Assembly (NCBI GenBank): GCA_964016885.1
Contig: OZ024762.1
Coordinates: 4,650,001-4,714,000 of the forward strand
DNA: 64,000 nt
Source: Eledone cirrhosa
Taxonomy: Eukaryota
Direction: 5' to 3'
How positions within the stretch are numbered: the stretch's first letter is position 1; each line of letters begins with the position of its first letter. A model generated the notes under the pieces. It did no database searches and was not told where the DNA came from. It was given only the letters and a program-made list of their open reading frames with translations. Position numbers and translations under genes: made by a program. Positions 29,560-42,584 of the stretch are shown in pieces.

Positions 29560-31073
29560 TAGCATCACTTTTTCATAGGCTGACCAAGATACTCTCATGG
29601 AATGACCAAATGAGGTTTATTTTTCAACATGCAAGATTTCACAGCTCTAGCATCACTCCTTCATAGGCTGACCAAGATACTGTCATGGAATGACCAAATG
29701 AGGTTTATTTTTCAACATGCAAGATTTCACAGCTCTAGCATCACTCCTTCATAGGCTGACCAAGATACTCTCATGGAATGACCAAATGAGGTTTATTTTT
29801 CAAGATGCAAGATTGCACAGCTCTAGCATCACTCCTTCATAGGCTGACCAAGATACTCTCATGGAATGACCAAATGAGGTTTATTTTTCAACATGCAAGA
29901 TTTCACAGCTCTAGCATCACTCCTTCATAGACTGACCAAGATATTCTCATGGAATGACCAAATGAGGTTTATTTTTCAACACGCTAGATTTCACAGCTCT
30001 AGCATCACTCCTTCATAGGCTGACCAAGATACTCTCATGGAATGACCAAATGAGGTTTATTTTTCAACATGCAAGATTTCACAGCCCTAGCATCTCTCCT
30101 TCATAGGCTGACCAAGATACTCTCATGGAATGACCAAATGAGGTTTATTTTTCAACATGCAAGATTTCACAGCTCTAGCATCACTCCTTCATAGGCTGGC
30201 CAAGATACTCTCATGGAATGACCAAATGAGGTTTATTTTTCAACATGCAAGATTTCACAGCTCTAGCATCACTCCTTCATAGGCTGACCAAGATACTCTC
30301 ATGGAATGACCAAATGAGGTTTATTTTTCAACATGCAAGATTTCACAGCTCTAGCATCACTCCTTCATAGGCTGACCAAGATACTCTCATGGAATGACCA
30401 AATGATGTTTATTTTTCAACATGCAAGATTGCACAGCTCTAGCATCACTCCTTCATAGGCTGACCAAGATACTCTCATGGAATGACCAAATGAGGTTTAT
30501 TTTTCAACATGCAAGATTGCACAGCTCTAGCATCACTCCTTCATAGGCTGACCAAGATACTCTCATGGAATGACCAAATGAGGTTTATTTTTCAACATGC
30601 AAGATTTCACAGCCCTAGCATCTCTCCTTCATAGGCTGACCAAGATACTCTCATGGAATGACCAAATGATGTTTATTTTTCAACATGCAAGATTGCACAG
30701 CTCTAGCATCACTCCTTCATAGGCTGACCAAGATACTCTCATGGAATGACCAAATGAGGTTTATTTTTCAACATGCAAGATTGCACAGCTCTAGCATCAC
30801 TCCTTCATAGGCTGACCAAGATACTCTCATGGAATGACCAAATGAGGTTTATTTTTCAACATGCAAGATTTCACAGCCCTAGCATCTCTCCTTCATAGGC
30901 TGACCAAGATACTCTCATGGAATGACCAAATGAGGTTTATTTTTCAACATGCAAGATTGCACAGCTCTAGCATCACTCCTTCATAGGCTGACCAAGATAC
31001 TCTCATGGAATGACCAAATGAGGTTTATTTTTCAACATGCAAGATTTCACAGCCCTAGCATCACTCCTTCATA
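29560..31073 (+). repeat. 88-bp tandem array A5 (~17 units)
   Basis: Same unit, forward. Confidence 0.97.
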
Positions 31074-31654
31074 GTGAGCCTATGAACTTTTAAGCCTACC
31101 TTATATGCAAGTAATGTAAGTATATACAAATAATTACTAAGAAATTCGAAATAATTTTTGCACCCATTTTTGCGATTAAGTAAAGACGGAGTTATCGTTC
31201 TTCAGATTTCGGCTCGGAGAAATTTAAGGAACTGATGTCGCTAAATCGCCAAATCATTTACCTGCCTCGTTGCCTCATGGGAGGGTAATGGCTGCCTTTT
31301 ATTTTTTAAACGATGGCAGATTCTTTAGTTTCTCTCGCAACATCTTGTTCCTTGTTTCATATAAGTAAATAATTAAAACATTTTGGCGAGAAAGATATTA
31401 AAAAGACTGCCATGGTTTTCGAAAAATAAAAGGCAGCCATTACCCTCCCATGATGCAACGGGGCAAGTAAATGATTTGGCGATTTAGCGACATCAGTCCC
31501 TCAAATTTCCCAGAGCCGAAATCTCAAGAACGATAACTCCGTCTTTACTTAATCGCAAAAATGAGTGCAAAAATTATTTCGAATTTCTTAGTAATTATTT
31601 GCATATACTTACATTGTTTGCATATAAGGTAGGCTTAAAAGTTCATAGGCTCAC
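31074..31654. mobile_element. 581-bp palindromic core, copy 3
   Basis: Near-identical to copies 1 and 2; centre in the same orientation. Confidence 0.85.
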
Positions 31655-33080
31655 TATGAAAGAGTGATGCTAACGCTGTGCAATCTTGCATGTTGAAAAA
31701 TAAACCTCATTTGGTCATTCCATGAGAGTATCTTGGTCAGCCTATGAAGGAGTGATGCTAGAGCTGTGCAATCTTGCATGTTGAGAAATAAACCTCATTT
31801 GGTCATTCCATGAGAGTATCTTGGTCAGCCTATGAAGGAGTGATGCTAGAGCTGTGCAATCTTTCATGTTGAAAAATAAACCTCATTTGGTCATTCCATG
31901 AGAGTATCTTGGTCAGCCTATGAAGGAGTGATGCTAGAGCTGTGAAATCTTGCATGTTGAAAAATATACCTCATTTGGTCATTCCATGAGAGTATCTTGG
32001 TCAGCCTATGAAGGAGTGATGCTAGGGCTGTGAAATCTTGCATGTTGAAAAATAAACCTCATTTGGTCCTTCCATGAGAGTATCTTGGTCAGCCTATGAA
32101 GGAGTGATGCTAGAGCTGTGCAATCTTGCATGTTGAAAAATAAACCTCATTTGGTCATTCCATGAGAGTATCTTGGTCAGCCTATGAAGGAGTGATGCTA
32201 TGGCTGTGAAATCTTGCATGTTGAAAATTAAACCTCATTTGGTCATTCCATGAGATTATCTTGGTCAGCCTATGAAGGAGTGATGCTAGAGCTGTGAAAT
32301 CTTGCATGTTGAAAAATAAACCCCATTTGGTCATTCCATGAGAGTATCTTGGTCAGCCTATGAAGGAGTGGTGCTAGAGCTGTGCAATCTTGCATGTTGA
32401 AAAATAAACCTCATTTGGTCATTCCATGAGAGTATCTTGGTCAGCCTATGAAGTAGTGATGCTAGAGCTGTGAAATCTTGCATGTTGAAAAATAAACCTC
32501 ATTTGGTCATTCCATGAGAGTATCTTGGTCAGCCTATGAAGGAGTGATGTTAGAGCTGTGAAATCTTGCATGTTGAAAAATAAACCTCATTTGGTCATTC
32601 CATGAGAGTATCTTGGTCAGCCTATGAAGGAGTGATGCTAGAGCTGTGCAATCTTGCATGTTGAAAAATAAACCTCATTTGGTCATTCCATGAGAGTATC
32701 TTGGTCAGCCTATGAAGGAGTGATGCTAGAGCTGTGAAATCTTGCATGTCGAAAAATAAACCTCATTTGGTCATTCAATGAGAATATCTTGGTCAGCCTA
32801 TGAAGGAGTGATGCTAGAGCTGTGAAATCTTGCATGTTGAAAAATAAACCTCATTTGGTCATTCCATGAGAGTATCTTGGTCAGCCTATGAAGGAGTGAT
32901 GCTAGAGCTGTGAAATCTTGCATGTTGAAAAATAAACCTCATTTGGTCATTCCATGAGAGTATCTTGGTCAGCCTATGAAGGAGTGATGCTAGAGCTGTG
33001 AAATCTTGCATGTTGAAAAATAAACCTCATTTGATCATTCCATGAGAGTATCTTGGTCATCCTATGAAGGAGTGATGCTA
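31655..33080 (-). repeat. 88-bp tandem array A6, inverted (~16 units)
   Basis: Same unit, reverse. Confidence 0.97.
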
Positions 33081-33191
33081 TATATATATATATATATAGT
33101 TATATATACATGTATATATATATATACATGTATATATATATACATGTATATATATATACATGTATATATATATACATGTATATATATATAC

Positions 33192-33270
33192 ATGAGAGAT
33201 TTGCATGACGTGGGGGTGGATGTCTTCAAGAAACATCTCGACACCTTTTTATCCAGGATCCCGGATAACT
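33192..33270 (+). mobile_element. CR1-group LINE C-terminal remnant inside the right outer arm; mirror at ~21983-22060
   Basis: Reads MRDLHDVGVDVFKKHLDTFLSRIPDN, like the FKxxLDxFLxxIPD ending of CR1-group ORF2. Confidence 0.55.
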
Positions 33271-33588
33271 GTCCTTAACACTATAACTAAATAATTACCG
33301 TACTCCCTCCCTCTTAAATCTCTCAATTTGTATGATGAATTATTATTATTCATCTGTTGCCTTCGGTTGCCTCTCTTTTTTCACCTCCTCCTTATTTCTC
33401 TCTCCCCTATCTCTCTCTATTTCTCTCTGTTTTTCTTTACATACATTCCTTCTTTTTCTCCGTCTTTCTTTATAACTGTGCTTAACACTAAATATTTATA
33501 AACACTTCACTACCAAATCAGCTTCCTACATAATGGTCGCTCATATTTATGGTACGTCAAAATTATTTATAAAACTGTTTATATATTG

Positions 33589-33654
33589 TATTTTATCTGA
33601 CGAAGGCATGCCATATTTTTAATATGGTATCCCCGAAATATGTATAATGAAATA
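33589..33654 (+). ncRNA. Type I hammerhead motif in the right outer arm; mirror on the minus strand at ~21597-21662
   Basis: Stem I TATTTTAT / ATGAAATA; CTGACGA 33597-33603; stem II ATGCCATATT / AATATGGTAT; GAAA 33635-33638; predicted cleavage after A33646. Confidence 0.7.
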
Positions 33655-34112
33655 AATATGGTTTTATAAATATAGTTTCCATTTGTTTAATATCGTATAT
33701 CTACTCCAAAAACTTGTCGAGTGCTTTATATCAGTTATAAAATATTTACTTGTTGTAACCCAACAATTTTAAATAAAACTTTTGCATATATATATATATA
33801 TATATGTACGTATGCATGTATATATATATATGTACATATGCATTTATATATATATGTACATATGCATGTTTCCTTAGCTGTTGACTTACCATCCAATCTC
33901 CGTTAATAGTATTTCATATCCTGTCTCAATTGGGAGACTTCCCGTGTGTTGTCCTCATGTAAACAAATATTTCCTCTCGTCCCTTAGTCCTCTTCATTCC
34001 ACTTTCTCATGTCATATAACACTCTACTATACTAATATGATAGTCACATATCCAACGTGTATCTGTCTGTCTTTCCTACCATTTATCACGAATTTCACTT
34101 TTTCTTTCTCTG

Positions 34113-34184
<72 letters not shown>

Positions 34185-34192
34185 ATACACAC

Positions 34193-34232
<40 letters not shown>

Positions 34233-34241
34233 GTGTATTTT

Positions 34242-34296
<55 letters not shown>

Positions 34297-34398
34297 GTGT
34301 ATTTGTATATACATATATATATATATATATATATTACATATACATATATTACATATATATATATATATATATATGTATATGTAATATATGTATATGTA

Positions 34399-34432
<34 letters not shown>

Positions 34433-35093
34433 GTAATATATGTATATGTAATATATGTATATGTAATATATATACATATGATATATATATATATATATAT
34501 ATATATATCATATGTATGTTTACAATCCAATCCAAGAAGTGAGAGTAGAGATTAGTTTGTGAGAATTAAATACCAGTAGCAAGGAGGGCAATCTGCTCTA
34601 TGTGTAGAGGGGGTAAGACAAGTGTTTAGAGAGGGTGAAACAATGTATAAGCCAAACATTAAATATATTGGCAGGGCGTAAATATCAAAGTTATAATTAG
34701 AGAAATCCAACCAAAATTCTTGTAGAAATGTTTATTAGTTTACAATTGTTTCGAAGGATGAGGTCAATATTTAATCAATAAACATACATACTATCAATAT
34801 TTCAATTAATAGATATACGTGTTATTAAAAGCAAATCAGGACCTTAACCTTGTCTTCGGAACATACAAACAAATTCCAAAAATATGTCATTTAGGGACGA
34901 TTACAAAAGGGGAGGAAAATATACCAGTAATTTTACCAAAAAATAAACCATGGTATGAATCAAAGAGAAAGGTCCCAACATATTTACAGGACCTGTCACA
35001 TCTAGTTTAACTATGGCTGCTGATGTATTTTTGACCAGTATATAGGTTTAGGAATGCCTAAGAAACATCGTATGTCAATACGGCACCCCAAAG

Positions 35094-35147
<54 letters not shown>

Positions 35148-35235
35148 TCTGTCAAATGAACAGATAACAACTTGTCGCTGTTTTTATGTCTACCCATTTG
35201 ATCTCCTTTGTAGCATTGTCATGATGAGACCATTA

Positions 35236-35350
<115 letters not shown>

Positions 35351-35539
35351 TTGTTTACCCTAGCGTCCCCTTTATTTACGTGTCCCAACGACTTTTTTTA
35401 GCCGTTGCTCGCACCAACCTGAGGTATATGGCCTTTAAAGCGACGAAATGCCTACGACGGTTAGAAGGCCACTGATGAAGGACAAACTTTTTCATATGTA
35501 ACCCATTTGCAACGCCGCAGCTCCATTATTATCATATTT

Positions 35540-35573
<34 letters not shown>

Positions 35574-35575
<2 letters not shown>

Positions 35576-36380
35576 GGAGCAGAGTATCAATAATAATAAT
35601 ATATAAGGGAACAAAGAATCAGTGTTACATCATATACATATTTTATAACATATTACATATGTTTCACTGTCGATCAGCTCGAGGAACGATCTATTAATGA
35701 TCTAACCTGACTCTGGAATCGGAAGCTCCTCAGATGCAACACTGATTCTTTGTTCCCTTATATATTACAATTATTGATACTCTGCTCCCCAAGAGCATCG
35801 TTCGACATACCACCTACGGACACAATTAACTTGCACCTTTAATACCTGGTTAGCTCTTACACCAGTCGAGCGCTTATTGCGGAGGATCGCCATGGGAGAA
35901 GTTTCAGAACACCTCCTCGCTGAAAGACATCCCTATACCATCTAATAACACTTTCATGCGTCTGCCCATCCAGCATACCAATTCTTTCGTTAGACGCATG
36001 AGATGGCGTACTTTTCACTCTGACAGAAGGGGACTCAATACCATACACAGGAGTACTCTGAAGCCCGCCTTAAACGGGCCTTTAAATCTAGGAGGGACCC
36101 TGGACAACTTTGAGAGCCGGATCATTGATATGGTCCGGAAGATTAAATTCAGGAGGAATACCACACGGGACAACGCTTACCTCTATCAACTCAACTTCCG
36201 GATTAACTACATGAGAGAGTGCCCGGGTATACTGGTGCCGTCAGACAAAACAGGAAACAAATATAGACTTGACCACAAGACATACAGAGACTGCATAAGT
36301 AAGGAAATTAGCAACAACTATAGGACTACGGAACAGGAGAACCTTACTAGGGTTAATGCTGCGACCAAGAAGATAATAAA
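35574..36380 (+). mobile_element. Penelope-like element 5' portion: inverted repeat followed by an ORF remnant, truncated by a SINE
   Basis: Inverted arms 35574-35631 / 35732-35790. ORF 35956-36390 has FVRRMRWR...DNFESRIIDMVRKIKF...ILVPSDKTGNKYRL...Y...ISNNY, typical of the pre-RT N-terminus (DKG/DKT motif) of Penelope-like proteins. An S1 SINE tail starts at ~36376. Confidence 0.7.
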
Positions 36381-36806
36381 GTACCAGTAATGTACTGGTT
36401 AATTGCTGGCCTTGTGCCTAAAGTAGAAACAATTATTATTATTATTATTATTATATATATGTGTGTGTGTGTGTGTGTACCAGCAGCATAAACGCCACTC
36501 CATCTCACCAGCATATCCATTACCACTAACAACAGCAGCACATCGCCACCATCACCACCACGATAGCATCCGCCACCATAACCATCTAAACTTCATCTAC
36601 CACCACCACCACCACCACTATCTAGACTGCATCAACCACCACCACCACCACCACCACTATCTAGACTGCATCAACCACCACCACCACCACCACCACTATC
36701 TAGACTGCATCTACCACCTGTTTTTAACATTCATCATTCTGTAAATAAACAAAACTTAAATAACTGCGTCGCACAACCAGGTGAACAGGTTTCGTCCGTG
36801 CTACTG

Positions 36807-37445
36807 ATCACGTCCTCAGTCACGTTAGTCCCGCGATCACGTCCTCAGTCACGTTAGTCCCGCGATCACGTCCTCAGTCACGTTAGTCCCGTAATCACGT
36901 CCTCAGTCACGTTAGTCCCGCGATCACGTCCTCAGTCACGTTAGTCCCGTAATCACGTACCCAATCACGCTAGTCCTGTAACCACGTCCCTAATCACGCT
37001 AGTCCAGTGATCATGTTCGCAGTCACGCTCTTCTAGGGATTACGTCCCCAGTCACGTTAGTCCCGTTATCACGTCCCCAGTCACGCTAGTCCCGTTATCA
37101 CGTCCCCAGTCACGTTAGTCCCGTAATCACGTACCCAATCACGCTAGTCCTGTAACCACGTCCCTAATCACGCTAGTCCAGTGATCATGTTCGCAGTCAC
37201 GCTCTTCTAGGGATTACGTTCCCAGTCACGTTAGTCCCGTTATCACGTCCCCAGTCACGCTAGTCCCGTTATCACGTCCCCAGTCACGCTAGTCCCGTTA
37301 TCACGTCCCCAGTCACGCTAGTCCCGTTATCACGTCCCCAGTCACGCTAGTCCCGTTATCACGTCCCCAGTCACGCTCGTCCCGTTATCACGTCCCCAGT
37401 CACGTTAATCCCGTGATCACGTCCCCAGTCACGCTCGTCCTGTTA
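36807..37445. repeat. 29-bp CpG-rich minisatellite (ATCACGTCCCCAGTCACGCTAGTCCCGTT), ~22 units
   Basis: Direct observation; a block of variant units is itself duplicated (~36950-37070 vs ~37125-37245). Confidence 0.92.
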
Positions 37446-37589
37446 TCTGTCCCAAGTTATAATTATGTAACCACGGCCTGAACTACACTCGTCATGTGAT
37501 CACGGCCCGAGTGGCGCTCAAATTACGCTCTTCTCGCGATCACGTCCCGGGTTACACGGTTGGAGCTTCCTGGATATCCAGGTATTCCG

Positions 37590-38182
37590 GGTATGTCAAT
37601 ATTTATTTATAAAACAAATGTGTATTTTATCTGATGAAAGCGCACCATAATTTGCCTTGGTGGCCCTTGAAATATGTATAATAAAATAAATATGGTTTTA
37701 TAAATATAGTTTCCATTTATTAATATATTGTGTATTTACTCCACTAATCTGTTGAGTGCTTTATATCAGTTATAAAAATGTTTAAGCTTGTTGAATCCCA
37801 ACAAATTAAATATAACCTCTGCATATATATATATATATATATATATACGATATTAAACAAATAGAAACTATATTTATAAAACCATATTTATTTCATTATA
37901 CATATTTCAGGGATACCATATTAAAAATATGGCATGCCTTCTTCAGATAAAATACAATATATAAGCAGTTTTATAAATAAATTTGACGTACCATAAAATA
38001 TTGATCAACTTCCATTTAAAAAAGTATCCTTGAAATATGTATAATGAAATAAATATGGTTTTATAAATATAATTTCCATTTGTTTAATATCGTATATCTA
38101 CTCCAAAACTTGTTGAGTGCTTTATATCAGTTATAAAATATTTACTCGTTGTAACCCAACAATTTTAAATAAAACTTTTGCA
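37590..38182. mobile_element. Penelope-like family B: one forward copy plus an inverted pair
   Basis: CTGATGA 37631-37637 (+) and CTGAAGA 37946-37940 (-); reverse arm starts TATACGATATTAAAC at 37848. Confidence 0.7.
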
Positions 38183-38495
38183 TATATATATATATATATA
38201 TATATATACTTGAATTTCGTACTTCTAAAGAAATACGGTATGTATATAAATGAACATTTAGAAAACCATAGCTATGAATATAACACTGGCAACTAGCAGA
38301 ATCGAAACCCTGACAACATGTTTGAAGACGAGAAGATGAAGTTGGTGTTGATAAGGTTGCCAAAACTTGTACAGTGTCCTTGAGGTTGTTTGTAGTCTGA
38401 AACAGAGAATTTTGAACAATTAACATTTTGCCGGAGAAAAATCTTCCGGTTTACCAAGAATAAACAAGAATATATATATATATATATATATACAA

Positions 38496-38568
<73 letters not shown>

Positions 38569-38651
38569 CACATATATATACATATATATATATATACACA
38601 TATATATACATATATATATATATACATATATATACATATATATATATATAC

Positions 38652-38682
<31 letters not shown>

Positions 38683-38767
38683 CATATATATACACATATA
38701 TATACATACATATATATACACATATATATACATATATATATATACATATATATACATATATATATAC

Positions 38768-38827
<60 letters not shown>

Positions 38828-38986
38828 AAACCTACCAACTAAAATAAAGAAATATATAAATCAAGACAAAATAAAATCCCACGCTATAATAATTACAAGG
38901 AAACAGAAACCAGGCAAAAACTGCACGTTGACGTCTGCATATATGTGTGTGTGGGGGGGGGGGGGGGTATGTGTGTGTGAGTGTGG

Positions 38987-39025
<39 letters not shown>

Positions 39026-39086
39026 TGTGTGTGTGTGTGTGTGTATGAGTGTGTGTGTGTATGAGTGCGTGTGAATATATATAGAC

Positions 39087-39117
<31 letters not shown>

Positions 39118-39207
39118 TGTATGTATGTATATGCATGTGTGTGTGTATATATATACACACACATACACACATACATACATACATACATACATACATACAT
39201 ACATACA

Positions 39208-39242
<35 letters not shown>

Positions 39243-39298
39243 GTATGCATATGTATGTATGCATATAAAAATATATATATAACATATAGTTACGAAAT

Positions 39299-39487
39299 AA
39301 TTGTTTCTACTTTTGGCACAAGGCCAGCAATTATCCCAGTACATTACTGGTACTTTATTTTATCGACCCCGTAAGGATGAAAGGCAAAGTAAACCTCGGC
39401 GGGATTTGAACTCAGATCGTAAAGGGACGTAACTATGCTGGAAAGCATGGCGTCCGACCTTCTACCGATACTGCCAATCCACCGCCT
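39299..39487 (-). mobile_element. Full-length SINE S1 copy
   Basis: Reverse complement of the 13756-13945 sequence. Confidence 0.88.
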
Positions 39488-40632
39488 ATATAGTTACGAA
39501 ATAATGTCAAGAGAGATGTTGTGTTGACATAATTGCAATTATTGGATTATACGTATTTCAGTGACATAGGGCGATAGTAATTATGTAATGGATACATCAT
39601 TAACAGGCATCAATATGATATCATCAGATGCTAACACAATTACGTGAATTGATCACGTTGGTATGTTGACATGCTGCTGAAAAACTAGTACTATCCTGAT
39701 GTAAACCAGCGATCATAAGTTTTTATTATTCACTATATTATACTATATAATATCTGTAATGCACATTTCAGAGGCATTACACTGTGCTTGCTTAATGGTT
39801 GTGTATAATGAGAAAGAGATATAGAGGAAGAATCGACTCCAGTATTACACTGGTACTATTTTATCGGTCTCGAATGGATAAAAGGTAAATTTGACCACGG
39901 AGAGTTTTGAACTCAGGGAGCAAAGAGCCGGAACGAATACCGCAAGGTATTCTATCTGACATTCTAACAACTCTGGCATATCGTCGCCTTAATAAAGGAA
40001 AGAAAATCTTAAAGAAAAGACAAAGGAAATGTGAAACAAAGGACAAAATCAATAAAAGATCAGGTAAAATCAATTACGTTACACGATAGAAATTCTAGAA
40101 GGTTGAAGTTTAAACAAGATATTGTAGAATCTGAACAGGTTTCCACAGAATGTCACAATATTTTGATTGCATGTAATACGTGACGTGTATATATATATAG
40201 GTATGTATGTATGTATGTATGTATGTATGTATGTATGTATGTATGTATGTATGTATGTATGTATGTATGTATGTATGTATGTATGTATGTATAGTTAACA
40301 TGTGTATATACACATATACATACATATATACTTCTGTTGTTATATTGTAAATGTTGATCGTCTGCTGACGACCTTCCTTTGTACTGGCCATCTGTTATAT
40401 GTTAGTGGGTATATACAGACATATATGCATACATATACACGCATACACATATATATATGTATATACATACATACACATATTACATACATACGTACATACA
40501 TGCATGCAACCACATACATATATACATACACCTATACATACATGCATATATACATACATTTACATGCATGCATACATACATACATACATATATGTGTGTG
40601 TGTGCGTATGTGTGTGTATGTGTGTGCACGTA

Positions 40633-40738
<106 letters not shown>

Positions 40739-41235
40739 GTGTGTGTGTGTTGCTACCTTCTGTTGGTGGAGGTAAGTGGTGGTGGTGATGGTGGTGGTGG
40801 TGGTGGTGATAATGATGGTTGTGGTGGTGGCGGTGGTGTTGGTGGTGGTGGCGGTGGTGGTGTGATGGTGGTGATAATGATGGTGGCGGTGGTGTTGGTG
40901 GTGTTGGTGGTGGTGGTGTGATGGTGGTGGTGATGGTGGTGGTGGTGGTGGTGGTGATGGTGGTGGTGATGGTGGTGGTGGTGGTGGTGGTGGTGGTGGT
41001 GATGGTGGTGGTGGTGGTGGTGGTGGTGGTGATGGTGGTGGTGGTGGTGGTGGTGGTGGTGGTGGTGGTGACCTCGTTAGTAATATGGCAGCTGGAGGTA
41101 GAGAAGGAATTCCTAAGTTGATGACAAATTAGGAAATGGCTTCTTAATTGAAAGAATTAGTAGACAGGTACGTTTGTCTACTGTGTGTATGTTGGCATGT
41201 ATACATATATATATACATATATATATATATATGTG

Positions 41236-41312
<77 letters not shown>

Positions 41313-41326
41313 ATATATATATATAT

Positions 41327-41357
<31 letters not shown>

Positions 41358-41378
41358 GCATATATATATATGTATATG

Positions 41379-41439
<61 letters not shown>

Positions 41440-41760
41440 ATATATATATGTATATATATATGTATATATATATATGTGTGTGTATATATATATATATGTG
41501 TGTGTGTATATATATATATATATGTGTGTGCGTGACTGTGTGTGGGGGTATGGGGTGATTAATGAGATCAAACCTGTGTGCATGTATCTATGTGTGTATT
41601 GGCATACATTCACACATACATAAGTACACATACATGTACACATAAGCATATATATATATGTATGTATATGTATGTATATGTATATATATGTATATGTATG
41701 TATTATAAACAGTTCCCCGCAGGCAGACCTACCTGGATGATTAACTAATAGAACAACATG

Positions 41761-41807
<47 letters not shown>

Positions 41808-41936
41808 TTATATATATTTATATATATATATATACATATACAGATATATATATATATATATGTACCTATATGCATATATATACACATATGTATATACATA
41901 TGTATATATATATATGTATATATATATATATTTAAA

Positions 41937-41974
<38 letters not shown>

Positions 41975-42102
41975 CATATATATATGCATATATATATATA
42001 TTACGTATATATTTATGTACATCTGCATAATGCATACATACATACATACATACATACATACATACATACATACATACATACATACATACATACATACATA
42101 CA

Positions 42103-42134
<32 letters not shown>

Positions 42135-42584
42135 CACAAATTACTGAGAGCCTACCAGTAATGGGAAAAACGGCTTCGTTTGAAGCATTGCTCTCCCTTG
42201 ACTGAGCTCTCACATGTTTAATATCAATTAAAGCTTTGAAGCGTGATACAAATTACATCTCATGCAATTTCCTCTCACTGTCTGCACTTTTGTATAATTT
42301 ATTTAACTGCTTTATTATGCACTGTACACTGTTATAATATATATATATATTATATATATATATTGTATATATACTTACATATTATATATATATTATATAT
42401 TATATATATTGTATATTATATATTATATATTCATTGAATATATATATTGTATATGAATTGTATATATCATATATTGTACATATTGTATATATTGTATAAT
42501 ATACAATATATACAATGTATATACAATACATATAAAATATGTATACAATACATATATAAATATTGTATATACAATATATATATA

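Larger units (their letters stand above)
21556..33785. mobile_element. Giant nested fold-back structure (three modules within inverted outer arms)
   Basis: 21556-22060 is the reverse complement of ~33190-33696; the interior has six 88-bp arrays in alternating orientation and three 581-bp palindromic cores. Confidence 0.85.

Noticed and set aside
22123-33080. 88-bp arrays as a CRISPR array or a repeat-protein gene
   Set aside because: Units are contiguous with no unique spacers and no cas genes; 88 is not a multiple of 3 and frames close quickly.
21556-33696. Breakage-fusion-bridge origin or simple read fold-back as the explanation of the giant palindrome
   Set aside because: Cores do not alternate in orientation, mirrored arrays have unequal unit counts and the arms carry substitutions; an assembly artefact is disfavoured but not excluded without reads.
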